Source of the DNA: Verrucomicrobiota bacterium
GTDB lineage: Bacteria; Verrucomicrobiota; Verrucomicrobiia; Opitutales; UBA953
DNA: 33,235 bases
NCBI GenBank assembly: GCA_009917805.1
Contig: RGES01000001.1
Span: 1-33,235 of the forward strand
Direction: 5' to 3'
Under the pieces are notes generated by a model that worked only from the letters and a program-made list of their open reading frames with translations, did not search any database and was not told where the DNA came from. The position numbers were made by a program, and so were the translations under genes. Positions 1 to 7,453 of this stretch are shown here, in pieces (positions within the stretch are counted from its first letter, which is position 1; every line of letters begins with the position of its first letter).

Positions 1-1
1 A

Positions 2-1579
2 CCCTCAGGTCAAGGCGCCGCCTTGGTCAACGGCGCCCCCCTGCGCCAACGCCTCGACGTCACCGAAGCCACGACGATCCAGCTGCCCTCCGCCCTGCTG
101 GTCGCCGCCCCCGCGGACCAGCAGAACTTCGCCTTCGTCCGTACGGACCTCTGGGTCCTCTTCGACGCCCAGACCGGCGACCAGCTCGGCGAGTTTGCTC
201 CGCAACGCCTCCTCGACGTCGCCCAGGAACTCGGCCGCGCCACCGACACCCTCGCCTGCACGCCGCAAGGGCTCGAAGTCGGCTTCAGCCTTTCGCAGAT
301 CGCGCCATTGCTCTCGCCTCAGGAAGAGGCTCCCGTCCGCCCGAGCGGCAAGGCGATGCTCGCCGCCGAACAGAATCGCGGCGCCCACCTCTGCCCGGTC
401 TGCTGGACGCGCTTCGACGCCGGCGACGCGCTGAGCATCGCCGTGCATGAAGACCTGCGCGGCGACCCGATCCTCGGCTCCGACGCGCGCCTGCGCTTCC
501 AGCCGACGCGCTTCAACGACCAAGGCCTCGCCCTCGACCCGATGGGCCTCGCCTGCACCGACATCGCCTGCCCGCACTGCCGCCGCCAGCTCCCGCCCGG
601 CTACCTCGACCGCCCGCACCGCATCATCTCGCTCATCGGCGCGCCCAGCGCCGGCAAGTCCTACTACCTCGCGGTGCTCACCCGCACGCTGCAGGACCGC
701 CTGCCCGAGGACTTCAACCTGGCCTTCAAGGACGGCGACCCCAGCGGCAACATGCTGCTCAATCAGATGCGCAACACGCTCTTCTCCGCGGCGACGCCGG
801 AAGACGCTTTGCTCGGCAAGACGGCGCTCGAAGGCGCGACCTACGAGAAACTCCCGCGTCTCGGCCGCATGGTCTCCCTGCCCCGTCCGTTCATCTACTC
901 GCTCAGCCGCCCGGGCCAGCAGCGCAACGAGACCTCGGTCATCCTGTACGACAACGCCGGCGAACACTTCGAACCCGGCATCGACATCCATGACTCGCCC
1001 GGCGCGATGCACGTCGCGACCTCGAGCGGCCTGATCTTCCTCTTCGACCCCACCGCCAACGCCCGCTTCAAGGCCAAGCTCGTCGGCGTCGAAGACCCTC
1101 AGCTCTCGCTCAAAGGACGCATCGACCAGCAGGACAGCATCCTCGCCGAGATGGAGACCCGCATGAAGCGCGTCCTCGGCCTCGCGCAGGACGAGCGCAT
1201 CAAGACCCCCCTCGCCTTCGTCGTCGGCAAGTCCGACACCTGGGAGAAGCTCCTGAGCTCGCCGCTCGAACCGGTCGTCGCGGCCGGCGGCCTCGACCTC
1301 GCCGCCGTCGCCCGCAATTCCGCGCGCGTCCGCGAAGTCCTCATCGCGCTCTGCCCGGGACTCGTGGCCTCGGCCGAATCGCTGGCGGAACAGATCAGCT
1401 ACTTCGCGGCCACCTCGTTCGGCCATACGCCGGTGATGATCCAAGCCGGCCTGAACAAAGGCCGCATCGCTCCCGACCCGCAGCGCCTCGCGCCCGCGCA
1501 CGTCGAAGAGCCCCTCTACTGGCTGATGCACCTCGCCTCCCCGGCGATGTTCCCCGCCGCCGAAAACACCGCCCGCTGA
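2..1579 (+). CDS. Zinc-ribbon-containing TRAFAC-class P-loop GTPase, first gene of a 4-gene operon and probably 5'-truncated by the window edge
   Basis: The frame is open from base 2 with high GC3. The only in-window start before the Zn-ribbon is TTG at 23. Two CxxC pairs are present (CPVC from nt ~392, CPHC from nt ~569). G1/Walker A is GAPSAGKS (nt 638-661), G3 is DNAGE (nt ~950) and G4-like is GKSD (nt 1226-1237). The stop overlaps the next start (TGATG at 1577-1581). Confidence 0.85.
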   Translation, partial: PSGQGAALVNGAPLRQRLDVTEATTIQLPSALLVAAPADQQNFAFVRTDLWVLFDAQTGDQLGEFAPQRLLDVAQELGRATDTLACTPQGLEVGFSLSQIAPLLSPQEEAPVRPSGKAMLAAEQNRGAHLCPVCWTRFDAGDALSIAVHEDLRGDPILGSDARLRFQPTRFNDQGLALDPMGLACTDIACPHCRRQLPPGYLDRPHRIISLIGAPSAGKSYYLAVLTRTLQDRLPEDFNLAFKDGDPSGNMLLNQMRNTLFSAATPEDALLGKTALEGATYEKLPRLGRMVSLPRPFIYSLSRPGQQRNETSVILYDNAGEHFEPGIDIHDSPGAMHVATSSGLIFLFDPTANARFKAKLVGVEDPQLSLKGRIDQQDSILAEMETRMKRVLGLAQDERIKTPLAFVVGKSDTWEKLLSSPLEPVVAAGGLDLAAVARNSARVREVLIALCPGLVASAESLAEQISYFAATSFGHTPVMIQAGLNKGRIAPDPQRLAPAHVEEPLYWLMHLASPAMFPAAENTAR

Positions 1580-3711
1580 TGCCCCTCCAACTTATCTTCA
1601 CGTCGGCGCCCCAGGGACTCACCCCCGGCCGCAGCGGTTATTGCACCGTCGCCCGGCATCGCGCCATCCCCGACCGCCTCGCGCAGCTGCTCGAATCCGT
1701 CGGCACGCCGCATGAACGCGCGGAAGGCGAGACGTTCACGTTCCGCATGCTCGAAGCCGGCGGCAAGAACTGGTGCGTGCTCTCGCGCTTCGTCGCCCGC
1801 GGCCTGGACTACACCCAGCGCGACAACCGCCTGGCCCATCACCTCATCTTCTCCCACGAGGAAGCCGCCGTGCTGCCGCCGCCGGCCGCGATCGCCGGCC
1901 GCTGGAAAGGCTGGCGCAACGAATGGTCCGGCGCGCCCACCTGGCTCGAAGGCGAAGACCGCCCGTTGCAGCTGGAAGCCCAGACCCCGCTGACGCCCGC
2001 CGTGACGTGGCGCGAAGAAACCGGCACGGGCGCCAAGGCCGCCTGGCTCGTCAACGCCTCCGGCCCCGCGGCCGTCGGCCTGCTCAATCCGCCGGAGACC
2101 CTCCGCCTCCTCCGCCTGCTTGCCGAGGCCTCCGCGCTCCTGGGCAAATCCGCCTGGGCCGCCTCGTTCACGACCGACGCCACGACCACGGGCAGCGACG
2201 GCTTCCTCTGGGCGGTCCATGCGACCTCCGCGCCGGCGATCATCGACTTCGCCACCGCGAAAGCCCTGCCCGCTCCGTCAGGTGACATCGCCCGTCAGGC
2301 CGCCGCCGGCCTGACTTCGCCCAAAGCCGCCGCGGGCCAGCCGCAACGCCGCGCCGGCGCGCCGGCCCCGGCCGCCGCCGGCAACAACGCGACCGCCTGG
2401 ATCATCGGTGGCGTCATCATCCTGGCCGCCGTCGCGATCGTCCTCTTCACGCTGAACCGCCAAGCCGAACCGACGCCCCCGCCGGTGGTGGTCGAGGTGA
2501 AGCCGCAGCCGCCGGCCGCCGACACCGCCAAGACCGATGAGATCCTGAAGACCCACCGCGCCCTGACCGAGATCCAAGGCCTGATGGACGCCGATGACTT
2601 CATGGGCGCCGCCAAGCTCTGGGCCGAGACGAGCGCCCTTTCGCCGAACTTCGTCCGCAACTACCGCGAACAGGTCCTGCCGCGCATCCTGAGCAACTTC
2701 TCCGCGAGCGTCACGAAGCAGCTGCTCGGCCGCCTCGACCGACCGGGCGTGCTCAACGATCCGAAGTCCATCCAGGAGGCGATCGCCGAAGCCAAGGAAG
2801 CCCTTCGCCTCGGCGCCGAGATCAAGGTGCCGCAGGACGAGCCCTGGAAGCGCCTGGAGGCCTGCCTCGCGCGCGCCCAGTCCCTGACGAGCATCGAAGT
2901 CCGGCCGACGATGGTCATCCCCGGCGAATGGCGCACCGGCGAGTCCGGCCCGAACTCGCCGTCGCAAGCCGACTTCCCGCTCTCGCGTGCGGCCACCGAC
3001 GCCGTGGCCAGGTTCGTCGAGGCTTCCGGCGCGACGCAGCGCAATTCGGTGCAGATCCGCATCCGCCTGCTCCCCTTCACGTCGCCGCACCTTCGCGACG
3101 ATCGCACGAAGTACCTCAACGGCGAGATCCGTCGCACGCCGCAGTCGACCTGGATCGAGTCCTCCCCGGAACCGGGCAAGCTCCCGACGATCGGCATCAA
3201 CCTCAGCAACCGCCGCAACGAGGTGACGCTCAACTTCCCCGACGGCGAAGGCGCGCGCGCCGGCGCGAATCGCCTGATCGAGGTGGCCCTCCCCAACGGA
3301 GACCGCCAGTGCTTCGCCCTCATCGGGGACGTCAAGGGACTGCAGCCGCTCAACCTCGGACCGGACGCCCTGCTGCTCGACGCCGACACCGGCGTGATCC
3401 GTCCCGCGCCTTGGGCCGAAAGCGCGGTCAACGCGTTCATCTGGGTCAACGGCTCGATCGGGCTCTACCCCGAGGGACACGAGTTCCCCGACCGCGACCT
3501 GCCCTCGATCCGCGCGACCCGCTCGGTCCTCGAGACCGACATCATCCGCCTCGAGAACAAGCAAGGCCCCGGCACCCCTCCCTACGAGCTCATCGCCAAC
3601 CGCCGGAAGCTCTTCAAGGAAGGCAAGTACATGCAAGCCGGCGCCCCGTGGTCGATCCAGGCCATCGACGCCAACGGCGCCGCCGGCCCGCGCCTCCTGG
3701 AATTCCGCTGA
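1579..3711 (+). CDS. Bitopic membrane protein with a GAP1-N-like (GTPase-associated protein 1 N-terminal-like) cytoplasmic module, one TM helix and a ~415-aa C-terminal region of unknown family
   Basis: The N-terminus MPLQLIFTSAPQGLTPGRSGYCTVA...DYTQRDNRLAHHLIF matches my recollection of the GAP1-N consensus (hhYTS..GL..G..Gf.tvA...faH.L). A TM helix AWIIGGVIILAAVAIVLFTL lies at nt ~2395-2454, followed by a Pro-rich linker. The start overlaps the upstream stop by 1 nt. GC3 is high. Confidence 0.8.
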   Translation: MPLQLIFTSAPQGLTPGRSGYCTVARHRAIPDRLAQLLESVGTPHERAEGETFTFRMLEAGGKNWCVLSRFVARGLDYTQRDNRLAHHLIFSHEEAAVLPPPAAIAGRWKGWRNEWSGAPTWLEGEDRPLQLEAQTPLTPAVTWREETGTGAKAAWLVNASGPAAVGLLNPPETLRLLRLLAEASALLGKSAWAASFTTDATTTGSDGFLWAVHATSAPAIIDFATAKALPAPSGDIARQAAAGLTSPKAAAGQPQRRAGAPAPAAAGNNATAWIIGGVIILAAVAIVLFTLNRQAEPTPPPVVVEVKPQPPAADTAKTDEILKTHRALTEIQGLMDADDFMGAAKLWAETSALSPNFVRNYREQVLPRILSNFSASVTKQLLGRLDRPGVLNDPKSIQEAIAEAKEALRLGAEIKVPQDEPWKRLEACLARAQSLTSIEVRPTMVIPGEWRTGESGPNSPSQADFPLSRAATDAVARFVEASGATQRNSVQIRIRLLPFTSPHLRDDRTKYLNGEIRRTPQSTWIESSPEPGKLPTIGINLSNRRNEVTLNFPDGEGARAGANRLIEVALPNGDRQCFALIGDVKGLQPLNLGPDALLLDADTGVIRPAPWAESAVNAFIWVNGSIGLYPEGHEFPDRDLPSIRATRSVLETDIIRLENKQGPGTPPYELIANRRKLFKEGKYMQAGAPWSIQAIDANGAAGPRLLEFR

Positions 3712-3714
3712 TCC

Positions 3715-6663
3715 ATGCAGCTCGAACGCCTCATCGCCCGCATCCGCGGCCAGCTCGAGCTCGGCACCCCCGATCTGGAAGCGCGTTCCCTCGCCGGCGA
3801 ATACGCCGCGCTCTGCCAGCGCGCCCGCGAACGCCTCGAACAGTGCGCGACGCTCGTCCGGAGCGGCAACGAGCACGCCGCCTTCCAGTCCGCGGAATCC
3901 GACCCGGACCTCCTCGGCCTCTGCGCCCTGCTGAGCTTCGCGGAATCCGACCGCTGGCACGCCCTCTGCCGTGAACGCGGCCTGCCGGCCGGCTTCCCGC
4001 TCGACGGGCAGCACGTCCTCGCGGTCGAAGGCCTCTACGGCCGCGAGATCGGCGAAAGCCACCCGCTCTACCGAGATTACCGCGACGCCATCCGCCGCCG
4101 CGAAGAGGACCGCGCCCTCTCGGTCCTGCGCTCGATCGTCCGCATCAATCCGGAAGACCCCAACGCCCGCTCCGAACTGGCCCGCCTTTCCGCGAAGTTC
4201 CTCCGGGAATCGCTCGGCAAGGTCGCGACCTTCTTCGAACAAGGCCGCGAGGAAGAAGCCGTCGAGCTGATGAACCGGATGGAACGCTTCGGCGCGAACG
4301 ACCTCGCCGGAGAACCGCGCTGGGACGACGCCCTCGCCCGCCGCGTCGCCTGGCTCCGCTCCAAGGCCGCCCAACAGGTCGCCACGCTCGTGACCGAAGC
4401 CGCCGAAGCGCGCGCCGGCGGACACTGGGAAGCCTGCGCCGCTTCGCTGGGCCGCGTCCGCTCGCTCGAACGCGACCACCAGCTCACCCTTTCGGCCACG
4501 GTCTCCGCCGAGGTCGCCGAGCTCGAAGGCTGGGCCGGCGAGCTGGCCGCCATCGACGAAGCCGAAGCGACCCTACGCGCCACGATCGAAGGGCTGAACG
4601 ACGAATGGGCCACCCTGCAGCAGGAAGCCGCGCGCGCCTCATCCCCCGCGATCCTCATCGTCCGCCTCAGCTCCTGGCTCGAACGCGCGACCCCGCAGGC
4701 GGAACGCCTGCCGGAAGGCATCCTCCGCGAAGCCCGCGCGCTGCGCCAGAACACCCGCGCGCGCCTCAATCGCCGCTACATGGTGCTGACGACCTCCTGG
4801 GTCGGCGGGCTCCTCCTGCTCATCGCCGGCGTGGTCTACTGGAACATCCTCAAGACGCAGGAAGAAGAATCCCGCGACCGCTTCTCCGAGGCCTCGCGCC
4901 TGATCGAGCTCTACGACCATCCGGCCGCGCTCGTCGCGCTCGAGGAATTCGAACGCGGCGGCCTTTCCGCCGCCGACCAAGCCGCCCGCAAGGCGCAGAC
5001 GATCCCGCTGCGCCAACGTCTCGCGACCCAGAACGCCGACGAGCAACGCCTTCGCCTCGAGGCCCTCGCCCTCGCCGACCGGCGCAAGCAAGGACTGACC
5101 TTGGGCAACGTCGCCGAGACCGAAAGCCGCGCCGGCAAATACCTCCAGGAATTCAACCAGGTCGGCGGCACCCTCCAAGCCAAGCTCAAGGCCATCCTGC
5201 CCGAACCGGAAGGCCTGCTGTCCGCCTGCCGCCAGATGCTCGACCGGACGCGCAACGACGTCGCCGCCCAGATCGCCGCGCTCAACAAGGCGATGGGCGA
5301 CGAAAATATCGCCGACCTCACCAAGGCGGCCGAAGCCCTCGAACGCCTTCGCCTGCTGCTGAAGACCCTCGCCGACGCCAAGGACAAGGACCTTGATTCC
5401 GCGCTCGCCGCCGCCGATCGCGCCGAGCTGCGCCTCTCCGGGGAGCGCAAGACGATCGCGGCGCTCCGGAGCCTCGGCAAGGCCGCCGACCTCGCGGGCT
5501 ACCTCGCCGCGTTGTCCGACACCGCCGCGAACACGGCCGGCGAGAAGTCCGACCTGAGCTCGCGCGCCTCCTTCGTCTTCACCCGGGCGCCCACCCTGCA
5601 GGCCCTCCCGCGCTCGGCGCTCGCGCCGCGCGTCGGCGCGATGTGGGACGCGGCCGCCACCGCCGACCCTTCCGGCATCTTCAATCCGCCCACGCTCACC
5701 GACGTCGAACAACGCGGCCTGCGCAGCCTCTCCGACACCTCGCTGGCCGACTCGCTCCGCCGCTTCACGCTCAACGGCTATTCGGTCCGCGGCGTCGCGA
5801 CCGGGCGGACCGTCTACGTGATCGGCGAGATCGTCGAATCGAAACGCCCCATCACCGACGGCCTCGAGTTCACCCAGAAGGCCAAGGAACTCACCCGCGA
5901 AGGCGCCGTGGTCGAGAGCACCTGGAGCCGGCGCGAATTCAACAACGGCGTGCGCGCCGGCGAAGAGATCGTCAGCCCGGCCGCGATCGGCGAGCTCGAC
6001 TTCATCCGCCAGGTCAGCCGCTTCCAGGACGCGAAGACCGGCAAGCTGCTCGAGCCCCTCATCCGCACGATGGAACGCGTCCGCCGCAGCGAATCGCGCT
6101 ACCCGGAACTGCGCGCCTACCAGCTCCAGGAACTCTACAAGCTCGCGACCTCCCGCCCCGACGCCTGGGGCCTGCTCTTCTCGCCGTCCGCCCAGCGCGA
6201 CGCCGACCAGCTGCGCCGGATCACGCAGAATTCGCTGCGCCCCTACGACTTCCTGTTCAAGGACAAGTGGGCCGACATCCAGCCGGAACTGCGCGCCTTC
6301 CTCGCGCCGCCGGGCGGCGCCGGCTACGCCGAGGAAGCCCGCTTCTGGCGCGCGACGTTCGCGAACCTGCGCAACCGTAAGCTGATCTTCGCCGGCTGGG
6401 CCGGCCGCGACGGCAAACCCGAGCTGCGGGAAACCATCAAGGGCAGCGCCCTCTACGGCCTCGACAACGAAGGCAAGGCCACCGTGCTCTTCCGCATCGG
6501 CGAAGACGGCGAGGTCAAGCGCGTCGCCGAAGCCGCCCCGCTCACCCCGCTGCTCCGCTACCCCGGCACCGTCGCCGAGGCCGCGCAGGCCGCCGGCATC
6601 CCGAAAGGCCTGCTCGCCCCCGACGGCGGGTGGGAAACCCTCCTCCAAGGACGAGATCTCTGA
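3715..6663 (+). CDS. Large (982 aa) bitopic membrane protein with a helical N-terminal region, one TM helix, a long alpha-helical/coiled-coil-like stretch and a C-terminal globular region; no recognised family
   Basis: The ATG lies 3 nt after the upstream stop. An Arg-rich flank RQNTRARLNRRY precedes the TM helix MVLTTSWVGGLLLLIAGVVYWNIL (nt ~4777-4845), which suggests an N-in topology. Composition is consistent with coding and GC3 is high. Confidence 0.8.
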   Translation: MQLERLIARIRGQLELGTPDLEARSLAGEYAALCQRARERLEQCATLVRSGNEHAAFQSAESDPDLLGLCALLSFAESDRWHALCRERGLPAGFPLDGQHVLAVEGLYGREIGESHPLYRDYRDAIRRREEDRALSVLRSIVRINPEDPNARSELARLSAKFLRESLGKVATFFEQGREEEAVELMNRMERFGANDLAGEPRWDDALARRVAWLRSKAAQQVATLVTEAAEARAGGHWEACAASLGRVRSLERDHQLTLSATVSAEVAELEGWAGELAAIDEAEATLRATIEGLNDEWATLQQEAARASSPAILIVRLSSWLERATPQAERLPEGILREARALRQNTRARLNRRYMVLTTSWVGGLLLLIAGVVYWNILKTQEEESRDRFSEASRLIELYDHPAALVALEEFERGGLSAADQAARKAQTIPLRQRLATQNADEQRLRLEALALADRRKQGLTLGNVAETESRAGKYLQEFNQVGGTLQAKLKAILPEPEGLLSACRQMLDRTRNDVAAQIAALNKAMGDENIADLTKAAEALERLRLLLKTLADAKDKDLDSALAAADRAELRLSGERKTIAALRSLGKAADLAGYLAALSDTAANTAGEKSDLSSRASFVFTRAPTLQALPRSALAPRVGAMWDAAATADPSGIFNPPTLTDVEQRGLRSLSDTSLADSLRRFTLNGYSVRGVATGRTVYVIGEIVESKRPITDGLEFTQKAKELTREGAVVESTWSRREFNNGVRAGEEIVSPAAIGELDFIRQVSRFQDAKTGKLLEPLIRTMERVRRSESRYPELRAYQLQELYKLATSRPDAWGLLFSPSAQRDADQLRRITQNSLRPYDFLFKDKWADIQPELRAFLAPPGGAGYAEEARFWRATFANLRNRKLIFAGWAGRDGKPELRETIKGSALYGLDNEGKATVLFRIGEDGEVKRVAEAAPLTPLLRYPGTVAEAAQAAGIPKGLLAPDGGWETLLQGRDL

Positions 6664-6666
6664 CCG

Positions 6667-7299
6667 ATGTCACGCCCCACCCAATTCCGCCTCCGCTGGA
6701 AAGGCGCCGTCACCGGCCCCTTCCCGCTCCTGCGCGTCAGCGAGATGCTCCGCGCCGGCGAGATCAGCCTCCTGCATAACATCGAGGTCGACGGTTCCTG
6801 GATGACCGTGCGCGACTACTTCCGCGCGATCGGCCTCACCCGGGCGCCTTCGGCTTCGGCGGCGGAGAATTCCGGACTCGGCGGCGAAGCTCCGCCGCCG
6901 CCGCCCGGCGCCGAACATCCGCTCGGCGAGGCGCTCACGCCTGACGCCGCCCGCAACGCCGCCGGGGAATCGCTCGAACGCACGGTCCGCGAAGGCTACC
7001 TCTGGTGCGGCTCGACCTTCCTGCTTCCGCCGCTGTTCGCCTTGCTGGTCTACGTGATCTACATCCTGGACGGCGACCATCAGCTCTCGCGCACGATGTT
7101 CCTCATCATGCTCGGCTTCACGACCACGCCGGCGGCGCTCCTGCCGATCCTGTTCGTCCGCAAGCTGGGCCTGACCCTCGAGCAAGAAGGCTTGTCGGAC
7201 ATCCGCCAAACCCAGGGAAATCTGGTGATCGTCCTCGGTTTCCTGAGCCTGGCCCTCTGGATGCTCTGCTTCTTCGTGCTGCTCCCCAGCCGTCCGTGA
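6667..7299 (+). CDS. GYF_2 (DUF4339-type) domain protein with about three C-terminal TM helices
   Basis: The N-terminus RLRWKGAVTGPFPLLRVSEMLRAGEISLLHNIEVDGSWMTVRDYF fits the bacterial GYF_2 pattern. Hydrophobic helices are YLWCGSTFLLPPLFALLVYVIYIL, MFLIMLGFTTTPAALLPILFV and LVIVLGFLSLALWMLCFFVLL. The ATG lies 3 nt after the upstream stop. Confidence 0.8.
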   Translation: MSRPTQFRLRWKGAVTGPFPLLRVSEMLRAGEISLLHNIEVDGSWMTVRDYFRAIGLTRAPSASAAENSGLGGEAPPPPPGAEHPLGEALTPDAARNAAGESLERTVREGYLWCGSTFLLPPLFALLVYVIYILDGDHQLSRTMFLIMLGFTTTPAALLPILFVRKLGLTLEQEGLSDIRQTQGNLVIVLGFLSLALWMLCFFVLLPSRP

Positions 7300-7317
7300 G
7301 CCTCAATCGGCTTGACG

Positions 7318-7335
7318 AGCCAAGGGGGCTTGGCT
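7318..7335 (+). terminator. Possible weak terminator or processing hairpin between the operon and the tRNA
   Basis: A perfect 7-bp stem AGCCAAG/CTTGGCT with a GGGG loop lies 19 nt after the stop at 7299. There is no adjacent U-tract; the nearest TTTT is at ~7353. Confidence 0.25.
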
Positions 7336-7357
7336 GGACTGAGCGAACTCGGTTTTC

Positions 7358-7434
7358 GGTAGTGTAGCTCAGTTGGTTAGAGCGAGGGACTCATAAGCCC
7401 TAGGTCGGCAGTTCGATCCTGCCCACTACCACCA
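7358..7434 (+). tRNA. tRNA with a CAU anticodon (elongator tRNA-Met, or tRNA-Ile2 if C34 is lysidinylated), with encoded CCA
   Basis: Cloverleaf read by eye. The acceptor is GGTAGTG/CACTACC with discriminator A and CCA. The D-arm is GCTC-AGTTGGTTA-GAGC, the anticodon loop is CTCATAA and the T-arm is GGCAG-TTCGATC-CTGCC. G1:C72 is paired, so it is not an initiator. Confidence 0.9.
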
Positions 7435-7453
7435 CCGGGTGCTTGCTTTCCGC

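Noticed and set aside
5-6648. Very long minus-strand ORFs opposite the GTPase operon (5-1531 of 508 aa, 2278-4479 of 733 aa, 4639-6648 of 669 aa)
   Set aside because: They are typical high-GC shadow ORFs. Composition is G/A/R/E/V/D-rich and repetitive with no motifs, and they lie antisense to ORFs that have clear motifs, TM helices and translational coupling. In these frames the high-GC position falls at codon position 1, not position 3.
7300-7453. The tRNA as an integration site that would mark the upstream operon as a genomic island
   Set aside because: I found no integrase, no direct repeat of the tRNA 3' end and no composition shift. Islands usually insert at the tRNA 3' side, where conserved rsfS-nadD lies. 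The operon's GC and codon usage look native.
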